Part shown: piece after piece, positions 47,301 through 61,700 of the stretch
How the letters are laid out: each line of letters opens with the position of its first letter
How positions within the stretch are numbered: the stretch's first letter is position 1
From: Diadema antillarum
Lineage: Eukaryota
Reading direction: 5' to 3'
DNA length: 64,000 nt
NCBI RefSeq assembly: GCF_040938485.1
Contig: NW_027271030.1
Location: forward strand, 1,364,001 to 1,428,000
The notes under the pieces: model-generated
What the model was told of the DNA's origin: nothing
What the model saw: only the letters and a program-made list of their open reading frames with translations
Database searches by the model: none
Made by a program: the position numbers and the translations under genes

Positions 47301-50158
47301 GGCAGACCCACGCCTAAGTACAAAGTCGGGGTAAACATAATGTGCATTCGGTCATCTACCAGAATTCGGCCACTTAATTGCCAGTGTGCTTTATCACCAG
47401 CCAGTGAGTTCTACCAAAGATCGTACACTGAAGTGTACGATCTTTGGTTCTACAGTCACATCACACGCAAATCACATAATTACACATACGGTATTAACAC
47501 TCATTCACGTACAGGAAAGTCCTTAAGTCTCCTCCAAAAATCCATCGAAAATCCCAAATTCCACCGTCAAAAGTGCAGAATCGGAACTTTTCCAAGCGCG
47601 CGCGAATTAAGTCCAGTTTTAAGAGTATTGTCTACGCGACGGGTCGCGGAAAAAGCGCTAAAAATCGAGAAATACGCCGTTTTCTTGCGGGATATTTTGA
47701 TTATAGCAAGCCGAGAGTGTGATGATATCAAAGGTCGTATGAGTGTACGATCTTTGATGGTATCCACAAAAGCAAAAAAGAAAAACAAAATTTACGTACC
47801 CCCTAGGCAATTACCCCTATGATTAGTGTCTACGGGAATTATTCAATGCAAGGGTTGAATGCAAATGTCTACTGCACCAGTATTCGGCCACCAACGAGCG
47901 CCGCAACGTCCCCGGTGCAATTTTGCACCAACAGTGTAGAGCGCGATGCATTTTCAGCGGCCTTGCACACGCATTGACATTGAGCACGCATATCGTGCAG
48001 TGTGACTGCGACCGAGCAAAATGCTCCTCCAACGAAAAAAACAATCAATGTTAATTTGAAAAATCATCAAATATCAAAGGTCGTATGAGTGTACGATCTT
48101 TGATGGTATCCACAAAAGCAAAAAAGAAAAACAAAATTTACGTACCCCCTAGGCAATTACCCCTATGATTAGTGTCTACGGGAATTATTCAATGCAAGGG
48201 TTGAATGCAAATGTCTACTGCACCAGTATTAGCCCACCAACGAGCGCCGCAACGTCCCCGGTGCAATTTTGCACCAACAGTGTAGAGCGCGATGCATTTT
48301 CAGCGGCCTTGCACACGCATTGACATTGAGCGCGCATATCGTGCAGTGTGACTGCGACCGAGCAAAATGCTCCTCCAACGAAAAAAACAATCAATGTTGA
48401 TTTGAAAAATCATCAAAATACGGGCCAGTTTGTGATGACGGAGAACGAACTTTCATAAATCTAGAAGGACATAGTCCCTCAAATAGGCCTAAACGTAAAT
48501 TTCGGAATTCTTACGAACATTTGAGCAGCGAAGTCGGATCGTTGGGGAGTTTATGTCTTCGTATGGTAGCGGAAAATCGCAAAGTGAGAAACGGGAAATT
48601 TTCGGAATGGTCACTATACCATGGGGTCAAAACTTCAAGGTCACACAGAATTTGCAAGGGTCAACCGATTATCACCAAAATCTAATCGATTCTTTCCTGT
48701 CATTATCCAAACATTCCCTGAACATTTCGTGCAAATCCGTTTTCCCGTTCNNNNNNNNNNNNNNNNNNNNNNNNNNNNNNNNNNNNNNNNNNNNNNNNNN
48801 NNNNNNNNNNNNNNNNNNNNNNNNNNNNNNNNNNNNNNNNNNNNNNNNNNNNNNNNNNNNNNNNNNNNNNNNNNNNNNNNNNNNNNNNNNNNNNNNNNNN
48901 NNNNNNNNNAACCCCCTGCCGATTTTCATCGGCGTGGGTAACAAAATGGTTCGCCGCTCGTCGATCACATGCATGAATTGTAACCATACCCTCTTTGCGC
49001 ATGAACGGGTAAGTTGTTACAGAAACCTACCCGGCTATCCGGAGAAGGCTTATCGATCGGTGTGTTGGTTTAAAACTGTACTTTTATTGTGCAACGCGAG
49101 GAATTTTGTTCTCCGGACGTTGTCCCGACGTTGTAGGGGGTAAGGGCTGTTTTAGTAATGGATGGATGAGCAAGGGTGTCTTCAATTGACGCCCAATCTC
49201 ATTGCTGACACCACGCCCTCATGCGTTCGTACTTGCCACGCCTTTCTACATCATTACATGCTGGCTTCGAAGGGGTCCTTTGCATGGTGCGGATTATAAA
49301 ATCCTGAGAAATGAATCCTTAATGAACGGCTAATTTTCAGTGTGGCATTTAGAGAGAATAACGGTTGAGTGAGCAAACTGCGGGCAGTATCAAGTACATG
49401 TGATCGCCAATCGTTTTTACTCACCCATTCGAACTTGCCTTGGATTACACGCAGTCAATCCTTACATCAGTCACAAAAATCCATTTGGGATACACACTTA
49501 TTTCCTCATTTCAAGTCACCCCTTTTCACTTGTCTGACATTGAAATACATAAGATACACATTTGATTTGGTAGGCTTACATGTTTTCTCTTTAATTTGAT
49601 TAGAATACGAAAATACTGGAAAGAGAAGGCAACAACTGAGGGAGAGATAGATAGACAGATAGACAGACTGATAGACAGAGAGGGAGGAATTAGAGGCAAA
49701 TCGAGTTACAGAAAGTAATATGTTTCATTTTCACAAAGGACACACACATGTATAGTGTCAGCATCCTATGCCCATACGCTATATGAATTTGAATTACTGA
49801 AACTGCACTGATCTTACACTCAAGACACAGGGAACAGTTCAGCACGTTTATTTTCATATTTCACTTGACGTCTATCTGTCTATACATATTCTAAGGACAA
49901 AAATAGGAAAAAAAAAAAGGATAGCTAACATTATGATATAAAGCGGAACCACAAAAGCAGAGCTTGTAACCACGGGTTCCAGGAAAAAAAAATAATAATG
50001 TAAATTTGTTTTGCAATAGAGATAGGACGCAAAGTACTATTGACAAAAATATATAACTATGAAAGGTAAAATAGCAAGGGACAAAGGTCACAGAAGGTGA
50101 AAGAAAAGAGAATATCAGTAAAAACGTGTATTTCTTAAGACTGATCGCTCCCCCCCCC

Positions 50159-50195
<37 letters not shown>

Positions 50196-52581
50196 GGTAC
50201 AGCAGTTGTTCAATTTACCTTTTTAGTATTTTGTTACCTTTTTATGTCTGCTTGCGCAATTGTCCTTCATTTTTAATCCTCATAAAAAGCAATTTCTCAT
50301 CAAACAATAAATACTCCTATCATGATGCGACCTTTATAGCGACAGGTAAATTAAACGGTAAAAACACAGAATAACAGCAATATAGTATTACGCAGTACAT
50401 GCGATATTTTTGATGCATTGAGGTTGTGTTTTTTTTTTTTTCGCCACAGCCTTCCTTGAGCTTGTATTGAACGCTTGGATAGTCGCGACCTCGTTCAGAC
50501 GTTAAGTCCACTTGACTTTAATGAATAAAACAACCCAACAACAACAAGAAAACAAAATGGTTATTTGAGAAAGAAAAAAAAAAGACTAAGGTCTATAGGC
50601 ATTAGTGCGTTGAGAAACATATACGGCTATGCTTTTTATTCGCCGGAAACTGAGCTGATTGTATTGCAAATACTTCATCTTAAAAGAAATACGAGTCACG
50701 TTACCCATGTTACCAGGGCGAAGTCGATATTCGCATCAGTAACACCATTTTCACTGTATACCTATTCAATACGGTCTGACGGTCGCTTTTGAACGTTAAG
50801 ACTGGGCAAGCAATTCAAGTTGCTATACTACTCTTTAATGAATAGAAACATTGCATGTAGCTTACGTTGTTATTCAGGGTATATACAAAAAGCAACATTT
50901 GCTATCCTATTTTTTTTTACACAGTTTATACGATATATTTCTGTATACCCTTGAAATTAAGTGCACATGTCTGACTCTTTCGGGTAGTAGTAGGGCAGTT
51001 GACACAGTTTATCCGTATGTGTGATAGAAACTTTGCTATAATGTTAACTTTTAGGCAATGCCTAAAACCCTGGTGCACGAGAAAACCTTTGTTCGTTGAA
51101 GGTTTCATATAATGGTACATTTGGCATTGTTTAATTTGATACACATCAATTTCCCCATTAGTGTCATGTACAGCCTATGAATCTTATTCTCACCATGTAA
51201 TCAAATACAATGACAAACCTCTGGCGTCATTGCCGCTAGATACGGAGGAAATTTGATTTGAAAGGTTAATGCGTTCCTCCAACTAGCAAACAGATTAATT
51301 TATTTGTGTCTCTGACACAGCGCTCTGGCTAAGGTTGCGTTTATCGAACGCTTTGCTTGTTAACTTTCGAATGACAGTCGCAGCTACGTTATATTCCTTT
51401 GTTTCCAATGAATAGCAATCTGTACAAGTTGGAGCTTCTATTGTTTTGGGTTGTCTATAGAAGAACCTTGGTCTTTTGACAATTTTGCGGCAGGAAAGTT
51501 ACGGCCTAATTAAACAATTTTGGCCCTTTCTAGATACGATCTGTAGCGTCATGGGACCTTATGATTATGAATAGTTGAACATTCTGAGGCAGTTTGTGTT
51601 GGTTGTAGAAGAGCAAATCGCCAAATCGCTGCCCTGATAACATGGATAATAAGGACGTCGTCGTTGTGTGTGTGGGTGTGTGTGTGTGTGTGTGTGTGTT
51701 TATATACTGCCTTAAATATTCAAGTATTCGCTCAGTTATTCTATCTTTATTATTTTTGTTACTGCTTTATTGTACACGTACACGCCTACTCCCCTCGGCT
51801 CTCTCATAACATATCCAAAAAATGTACCCCTTATTATTAGTAGTAATTACATCTTACAAATAGAACTTAGGGAATATGTTTGCAAACATTCATACCTATG
51901 TTACATACACTACGCATATCTCTCACTCAAAAAAGTCCCAAACAAAACAAAAACAAAAAGAACGTAGTATAAAATGCTTAAAAGATTCCATGGTCGTGTT
52001 ATACAATCCCCTTCACCACCAGCACTTAAATTATAAAGTTTTAATTCATTTTTCCTTTTTGCCCATATGCGTTTTTAATGAGCATCTGAGTTAATTTCAA
52101 ATTGACGTGTGAAGACAACAGCTATTTATCGTTTACATCGTCCTTGGCATTTAGTAAATTTGATGAAATCACACTTTGATAATATCACCGAGGTCATAGC
52201 TCGGATTGATTCGGAAGACAGACCCAATCACGGCTTTGAGTCAGCGGTGTTACCTTCGTAGGTGGCGCCTTACCCTCCTTCCTTTGATATTGTGCTCTCG
52301 GAAAGGAGCTAAATGACCTACATAGCCCCTTTTATCATTCCAACAAGTGCATCGTCTAGCTCTGAAGCGATTCCTGCCCATCAGCAATATTGAACTGCTG
52401 GAATGAAGATATGTGAATTACAATAATGAATAGACTTATTTTCTTTCTTACATCAGGTTTGTTTGATAAAAAGCGTTTCACATGTTTGAGTTCAATAGCA
52501 ATAAGTTATTATCAAGTAACTTTGATTAAAGTGTTATCTGTGATCGAAAGATTTTATGAAACGATTTACAATTCCATACAC

Positions 52582-52615
<34 letters not shown>

Positions 52616-52709
52616 TCACACACATGCCTATGTATATATATGTATATACGTATATACTTTTTCATCATTACAGCCTATAAATCTTATTCTTGTATAATAT
52701 TATAAGGCT

Positions 52710-52740
<31 letters not shown>

Positions 52741-55700
52741 CATACATATATGTATATAAGTGTTACCAAGGAGATGGTGGAAATATCTTATTATTGTTTT
52801 TGCAAAACTTCATGCACGTTGTATCCCACACTGCAAAATACGGTTCGTCTTTGCTGAATTTCGATTTGACAGTTAGATTTAAGCAAGATTTGAAATAATC
52901 AAAAAGGCTTCTCTTATTTTACGTTTTCATTTTGTATTTTTGTGGTCAATTCTTTTCTCTCTGATAACATGCACCAGTCTATAGTGAAAAGGACCTCGAG
53001 CTATAGAGAATTTGTGGATTACGCTTTATATGTCAATGAGTACTGCTTGCCTGCAAACAAATCTAATGCCATGATAGATTAGGAAACAACCGTCAGCATG
53101 TTCAGATGAATTATGTCTGATGATTGATGACTGTTAAAGCCGCCCAGGATAAGCTATCAGACTGGGGCATGTGTTTGACATCGCACGAATAGCTGCAGGT
53201 TTACATAATTATATATAAATGAATGCTATCATTGTCGACATTTTATTTTATAAATTAAGACTTCCAACCATTTATTTCGCAAAGTGGAAAAAAGTGTTTG
53301 AAGTCTGTTTGGACAATAATATCAAGGCCAAAAACCACGCTCACGCACACATACACGACATAGATGCACGCACACTCATCACCTGTTCACATACTCGCGT
53401 TGAAAAGGTTATGACTTGTGAGTGAAAGGTGCTGTCATTGCCTATTTGACAATTTGTCTGATGCAGAATGTTGTCATCAATGATGGGCTATACGGTGTAG
53501 CTGTTTTTTAACCAAATCGTCGCCGCTGTCACTACACTCTTGATAGAATCACGGAGCGATCGAGTAGCTACATGATAATCATAATCTTCTCATGCTTCCC
53601 ACAACAGGAATAGAGCCAAAGAATGATGCTCATCCTACAAATCTTGTTTATTTTTTACATCTTCTTCACACAAAGAAAGACATGCATTCTGTGATCATGT
53701 CCTAATACCCATTCATCGCCTCCACAAAATATTAATTTCCCGTTTATCCACATTGCTTGGCAACCCTCATCACTCTGATTATGATTATAGAATTTTGTTA
53801 GATGCATCACAGCTGCCTTGGAGGTCAATTTTATTTCGTTCAGCCTTTTCGGAATGCCATATCTATTTGATAGGCTACCCATTTCATACACTTGTTATTT
53901 GTCAAGCTAATAGATAGTGGGTGGGGGACGTAATTGCTTAAATAAATTATTGTCATTGACCTATATTTTTAGCCAGGCTGTCGAAACAAGGAAATTTCCG
54001 CTATTTCATTTCTTTTTCCCCCATTACTATCAAAATCGGTGTCTTTGATTTTACCTCACCGCTCACGCTTTCATTTAGCACCAAGTTGTGTTGATGAATA
54101 GCATGAACAAAATATGAATAGCATTATATATAACAATTTATTCAAATAAAAACGGGATATCTTTAGAGGCTACTGAATAAAAGGGAAAAAGAAGAGCAGA
54201 GATATATTGTGCGAGAAGTTATTAACTACAAGTAGTTAGAAAGAATTTTGTCTGCGCTTGCATTGGTGAGGTTTCATAAAAAAGAAACAAAATNNNNNNN
54301 NNNNNNNNNNNNNNNNNNNNNNNNNNNNNNNNNNNNNNNNNNNNNNNNNNNNNNNNNNNNNNNNNNNNNNNNNNNNNNNNNNNNNNNNNNNNNNNNNNNN
54401 NNNNNNNNNNNNNNNNNNNNNNNNNNNNNNNNNNNNNNNNNNNNNNNNNNNNNNNCATCTTTATCATCTTCATCGTCACCATCAAGGTATCATCATCGAT
54501 GACGTCATCATGAATATAGCCGTTGTTATGAGAGCACTGGAAGTAGGTGTAGATGTTTTATAATCATTGTGAGTACGTTATTCTTGATCAAGGGTGATCG
54601 GTCCTTTCTTTTCGAAAGGGGATCACGTGACTTACTTAGTGATGTAGTGTTTGGTCTCCATGGTCTCCATGGTATTAGAATATTTCGAGGTAGACACTTT
54701 CACCGTACACTATGTATTTTTTTTTTTCGTGAATTTAAGTGTGGTCCTGATGTCTGAAACCTAACAGTGAGTATACCCTAAAACCTTATCTTTAAGCTAG
54801 TGCTGTGATGGATATTCTCTTTCATAAATGTATGACATTCTAAGCATGTTGCTAACAATATATCACACTGTAAGTGTTGTGGCAGACACATGCACTAATA
54901 TGTGTCAGGTAAAAAAAGTAAAAGAAAAAAGAAAAAAAAAAGACAAACCTGAAATCAATGCGAATCGTATTCTATTAATTCAGATTTGCACCACTGCAAG
55001 TGTTGATTGCTGGTGATTTGACCTACTATCTGACTATACAGCAGGATGATGTCTTCTGTAGGCCAGCTCATTCTATCAACGTCAAACTCAGAGAGATTGC
55101 TATGACGTCATCTTAAATACAGCAGTGCCATCGAACCTTTCCTCTTCAAGGCGACAAAACATTTCACACTCTCTTTCCTTCTCCCGCCATCTCCCCCTTG
55201 ATTATTTTCAATCTACAGCCATCTTTTTGATAATCTCAATATTCTTTCTACACCTCTCCCTCTTTCTCTTTCTCCCCGCCTCGCTTCCTCCATTTCTGTT
55301 CCACGACACATTTGCTCCTGCGACAATTGCTGCCATTAAATATCTGCACACTAAGCCAGACATAGTATCTGCACCAAAACATAACACTTACCCTAATCCT
55401 AATCCTGACAACAAGCTAAACCTGAAACACTTTCACACCCCTAATCCTAAGTCCTTAAAGGAAAAAAAGAATGAAACAATTGTCGCAGGAGCAAATATCG
55501 TGCCATCCTCCATTTCATAATAGTACATCTCCCTCTCTAATCACGTCTCTTTAACCATCTCTCTTACCGCTTCTCTTTCAGCATCTCTCCCCCACCCAAC
55601 CCATCTCAATCTCATTTTCCAGCCTTTTGATTTATTCGATGGTATGGGTTTACTTATTTTCTATGTTGTATCAGTCTACAATGAAGACAGAGTCAAAAGT

Positions 55701-58700
55701 GTCTGAAGCATACAACACAGGGTGCTGCAGTACCAAATCTATGTTACCTGATACCTCAGTGGAGTCAATCCTTTGTCATTTAATTTTCATTTCAAATAAT
55801 GTGACATTCAAGACTGAATCAACTTTCTATACATACAACAGCATCGTCCCTATCATTAACCCTTCTCCTGCCATAGCTAGGCTTCACCCTGACAATGACG
55901 ATTCCATCCTACCCAGGTTGTGATAGCATAGGCAAATCATTCTACCCTGTACATACAAACTATCGCTGACACTTCTATAGAAACGAGAGTGACACAGAAA
56001 ACGACATTGGAAAACTTATTGAATGAAGAGTAGATAAACGTTGAATTTAAACACCTTCAAATGACGCAAAAACGGTGGAAGTCTACCGAGACAGGCTGCA
56101 CCTAAAGATATTAATTCCACTATATAAATCCTATGGCTCCTAAAATGACATCATGTACCGTTTAAAGGAAATGAGCAATTCTTTGGAACATCTCACTGCT
56201 TTCCCTCTGAGGTTCCCCGTGGTTGTCATGACAACGTAGACATCCAAGATTTCTCACACTTGAAATGGTAGAGAAACAAATGCCATGTTCTACGCTTCAG
56301 CACCGCATTTCTTTATACTCTTTGCTAAATTTGCATCTGCACCGTCGCCCAAAGATTGTGCTTCCCAGCATGTCTACCACAATGCTATATGGACCATTGG
56401 GCGCTTCGAAAGCATTCAGAGATTTTACTTCGTCAATGTGTGAATATAAGTCTTGAAATGTCTAATATTCTGGCGGCATGTTTGAAACAGGGTTTCCCAA
56501 TACCTCGTTCATTTCTGAAGACAGTTATATTTCCTCCGACCCAAAATACATTTCCATCCATATTATGATGAAATATGATGAGTATCAAATGGCACTGTAC
56601 ATATACTCTGGTCAAACTTAAAAATTTCCTTGACTATAACCAGGTAGGATCGGTATTGATCGAGCGAGTTATTACCCTAGAACATATTTGTTTAACTGGA
56701 CTTGTGTTGGAATCATGGAGCGAATACCCCACTCATGTTATTATGGAGATTAGAGGTGAACTTAATGGAGCTTAAATGATACTGCTGCAATGGCCTTCAT
56801 GAATAATACCTTGAAAGTCAAGGACGTCAATCCAACTTGTCGATTCCAAATCACCACTCAGCGGATGTTCCCTGTCAGATTCTGCCTGCTTCGGGGATTG
56901 ATCATCAGGAAAACACTGCATCAAGTTGATATATGACACTTCACTCATCCCCGAATGTGGGTTTAATATTCATTTCTGTATGGAGAAAAGAGAATGATCC
57001 ATCTCCTCCCTCGGTGATTTACTACCCCTTCGACAATGTTCCATCTGTCAGTATCCAGTGATACTAGTTTGCAAGATTAGGGTGGAGTTATAGGAAGGAT
57101 ATGTTTGATAGTTGTTGTTTCTTTGTTACATCTGGGAAAAAGACTGCCATCATGCTTGATATTCATTCACTTGGCGGGTAGAACTGACAAAATGAGAAAG
57201 TATGATAAACGTCCTATACATTGATGTCGATAGAAAACTTTCATCAGTTGGGGAGTTCATACAATACACCAAGGGGTCTGCCTGCTTATCATCCCTTAAA
57301 ATATATCTTGCATGATTAAAGCGCGAAGTGCAATCTGCCTATTTCCTGTTGTTCTTACACAATCCCAGATAATTACAAAAATACATCGTATAAAAAAGTA
57401 AAATAGAAATGTCAAAAGCTGTCAACGTAATCCTTAAAGAAATTGACTGTGACATGCACATTTTCCGTCAGATATTGTTAACATCCCAAATACACATCCA
57501 GTTAGTATAACAAAAGTATGGCGATGCTCTGGAAATCACATTTCTGTCACAATTTTCACCACTCTTGGGGAAATCAAATTTGCGCTGCGGAGGTTCTTCA
57601 TACAAATGTATGAACATTTTCTTTTTTCATTCGTATGGCTGGGCATCACACGTTATAGGTAGGTGACCATGAGGCTACCAGGTATCTACGCAGTCCTTCA
57701 AGGCTTCTGGCTGAAGGATAAATCTGACACACACTTCTGTGTATTATTATACATACCAGACTTAAAACCATTTGTCTGTGCAGCTGCTTATTTGTTTTTC
57801 TTATCCTGTGGTGACAGTTATTTGAAGGCTGCGATATTGTTGACACAAGCTATGGCATTTTCGTATTTTTTTTGGATAATCACATCAAGAGAACAACAAC
57901 AATGACTGGTGTTTCACCTCTTCTTTAAGTTGTTTGTTGGATTCAAGAACAATTTCAGTGCTTATTTCTTTTATCATCATGTTTATCATTTTTATTGTTA
58001 TGCGACTACAATTACGGATGTTTTATCGATATCATTCTATTATTGTTTTATCATTACATTACATGTATTACAATTCCTATTGATATTATCAAGTTTAACA
58101 TCATCTTCATTATTACGATGTCTTTCTTTCAAGGATTAGTCCTAAATATAGTTGGTTAAAAGATTGGTTTGTCCGACGAATTCGGCAGAGGGCATCAAAT
58201 TCTTTATGATGTCTTTTGCACCTATTCCAGCTTTGTTCTTTTGTTTTCAAAATCAGACTAAAAGATACAAATAATGAAAAACATTCCAAGCCAAATCGAT
58301 GTTCCATCAACTATAATACCCGAGCAAACATCTTGTTAGAGTGACAAGAACAAGGCGGAGCTCCTGAAGATCTGATGTGGTGATTTGATATACTTTCAAT
58401 TCCTTTTCTCCATTATTGTAAGAAAATCAAATTCGACACCAGAATTTTGTCTCACAAGTACGTAAGCATGTACGTAAACAGTTTAGTTTGCACCAATAAC
58501 CCATGCTGTTGTACTGGAAATGGCAGTTGACGCATCATTGAACCCGTTCGAATGTTGTCATGAACGTCACCCAGTAGTGGGAAAAATAGACTGCTAAAAG
58601 GTTGGGAGGTGTTATCATGCATCAAAATTGATTATAACTCGAGCAGCAAAGTTTAAATGAGAGTGCTGAAAAGAGCTTTGGAACTTTAAACAATAGGTTT

Positions 58701-61700
58701 TACATTCAAATCCTGCTTACTGATAATGAACCATTATTTTGGCATGGGAAATATTGGTACCTTAAAGTGAGAGATAATAGTATATTAAGCACCTCCAAGA
58801 GAATCGTGCTAGTAGTATCATTGATAACGTTGTACACTCCCGCTCTATATCGAGAAGATTTAGATGATTTTGATTCTCTTTACCAACTTTTAATCCATTT
58901 TTCGCAGTGGTAGGGAAATACGTTGATCATCTTTACAGTGCCTGGCGAGCTAGGCGCAGCATATAGGTATGCTTCCAAGTACATGTACATAGTTCGTAGT
59001 CAGTAAGCACTTATTAAGACAACTGAAAAGGGAATGTGTTAGTCCAAGTCCTGTAAGGCAGTGTTCATCAAATGATGTATGAGTATGAGGGCTAGCGATG
59101 GCTTGACCGCCTCTTTTTGAAGCTACGCAGAGACTCCAACCCCCAGCACCTTCTGATCTGGAGATTCTCCCGCCTGAAACCCCTAGCAAACGGGAGACTC
59201 CAAGTTGATGAGCGCGAAGGAAGCGCGAAATTCCTTGCGGCCGGGGTCCAGTCTAGGGTTCTAGATGCTCTCTCGTGCTATCTAAGGACTATTTTTCAAC
59301 ATACGATATGGCAATAAGTAAGATATCCTTTCCAACGGGAGACACAGAGCCAGGGCCGGAGAAATCAAATCCTAAGCTGGAGAACGGGAGATTTTGCAAA
59401 AATGGGCTTTCGGCGGGAGATCTCCCGTCGAAAGCGGGAAAGTTGGAGTCTCTGGCTACGTGTATAATTTCTGGCCTTCTCACAAATTCATTTCGAAGTA
59501 TCTCGTTCTTCGAGCACAAGCTTTATAGGTTTATACATCATGGGTTCCTGAGGCAAAATACGAAAACAGCAACAACAAAACAGTCGGGAGCATGCTGTAT
59601 ATGCTTGCTGGCATTGAAATACTGTTTACAGTCGAAAACTATGGATTGCACATCCATATACAGCACGTATGTTTACACACAGATTCCAAGTATACCATGT
59701 TTATCAGGGCAAACTTTTGATAAGCCAAATGATTTTATCATTCCATGTTTCCTCAATTTGATTTACTTACTTGCTCTGTGTGAGAGCGCATCTTTTTAAA
59801 AACATCTTGTTGTTGTTGTTGTTGTTGATGATGATGTTGTTGTCTCTTTCGAACACAACGATTGCTCTGTCTGTTTATATCATGCAGACCTATGTCGCAA
59901 ATTGTAGTAACACTATACTATGAGCTATGCGCTGTTCGAGATGAAATTGATAGCGTTGGAAGTCGAGGCATTCGATTATTGTATAGTGATAGTCAGTCAT
60001 ATGTCCTTCGTCTTGTCATTGTGTTTGATGATGCAGAAACTACGTTCCTTTTTTGACCCTCCATTTCAATCCATTTTCTTTTCTTTTCCACTATTATACA
60101 TTACCTCTAAGTGACAATATCCTTGTCTGTCTAATCACGAAGAAAGCTAGTACTGGCAGTATCCTCTCAACGCAAAGGCACATACACAAAATATCGAAAC
60201 AACAATACCCGAATTCCTGAAGAGAAAACATGTACGCACATACATACACTTGCGCACAGAACTCTAGGCATATTCATATATATATATATTTGTATATACA
60301 ATCAACGATACTGACATCCTTTTCCCCTCTCGCTGTGTCACGTATCTTTATCATTTTAATATTGACTGCTGTTACCAATAGTGGTTAGATACAAAAATTG
60401 CATTCAAGGTTACAATGTTTTCGATATGCCAGTACCGAAATGTTTTGACAACAATGAAGGAATACAAGCAAATAACGCATGATTGTTGTAACCTCGTGGG
60501 CATGCATTACATTCAAATGCTAACATTTATTCACTTTCAGCCTTGACAAAATTAATGAAACAATTTTATCAATTGTATACCGTCGTCATATTAATGAAAA
60601 TCTATTTAAAATGAATAATAAAGGAAATATTCCCGATAATTGGTCTTTTGACAGGGATGCAAGCAATTATCTTTCCGATATCCCAGTGAGAGTGAGAAGA
60701 ACGACATCATTATTATATGAAGAGTGTTTTGTTCTTGCTTCCATGTAGAGTTACCTCTGCTTAGCTATAGGCTGCACAAAATGGCTGCAGCATTTTTCTC
60801 TTTCGAGCTTCATGCAGAATACCGAGAGAGTGCTGGAATGTCTCTCCGGAATACATGACCTGCTTGATGCTCTGGCTCGTCAACAAATTGAATATTATTT
60901 TAATCTACATGCAAAAATGCTCACCCGCTCAGTCACAGCGCGAGTATGAACGAGTATGAACAAGTAGGCTTTTAATAGTGACTGGCAAAATATGGTAAAA
61001 GATCTTTCACCGAATTGGAAATCTTGTTCCATGGCACGAACGAACGAACGCCCTCAACTATTTGTTTGAATATTCAACACCACCGATATTTACAGTCGTG
61101 GTCAAGACAATGACCTTAGTAAGCAAATAACTGTTTCCTCGAGGCAGGGCGAATGATAAACTACGAAACTGATAAACAGCCTATCGAGTAATATACATGG
61201 TTGGTGATGTCATCGTGCAATATTAAACTTGCAGCTGTTCTTCTTAGGAAATGTCATGTGATGAGCAGTCGAACAATCGGATGGAGTAGCATCATCAGTT
61301 AGTTGTAAAAACTGAAATCTTGAATTGCATTGGTATATAGTAGGAAAAATTAGGATGATTCGTTTTACTCCGCTGTCGAAGGGTAACTCTATTTACCTGT
61401 AAGCTCTTACTTCTTACGTATCGTTACCGGATAAAATTACGATGAAATTCAAAATGGAACCTACATCGACAACGGCAACCCATCAGCTTTTTTATGTTTA
61501 TGAATTCAAGTTGCTATCATTAAAGAGTTAAAAAAACTAGCCGATCATGCTTGTGTCTGGGTTTCATTGTTTTATGTCTTTGTCATTATTATTTTACCCG
61601 TGTCAACGGTGTTCACTTGTAAATCGGGAAGTGGCAATTGTTGAAGAATCAATGCCGATCGATATTTTTCATCGACGCGCCATGATTATAATTGGGCAGT

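Larger units (their letters stand above)
12342..54455. other. Seven assembly gaps (N runs): 12342-12490, 13655-13797, 28244-28430, 37881-38020, 45527-45760, 48751-48910, 54294-54455
   Basis: N characters in the sequence; none interrupts a predicted exon. Confidence 1.

Noticed and set aside
47725-48416. CRISPR-like or RNA-gene interpretation of the repeats
   Set aside because: Eukaryotic intron, two long units without spacers; I saw no tRNA, rRNA or CRISPR signatures anywhere in the window.
12283-54502. ORF-track entries containing X runs
   Set aside because: Artefacts of translating through assembly gaps.
59275-59799. 174-aa ORF
   Set aside because: Overlaps the 59128-59454 MITE and flanking intron; no recognisable domain.
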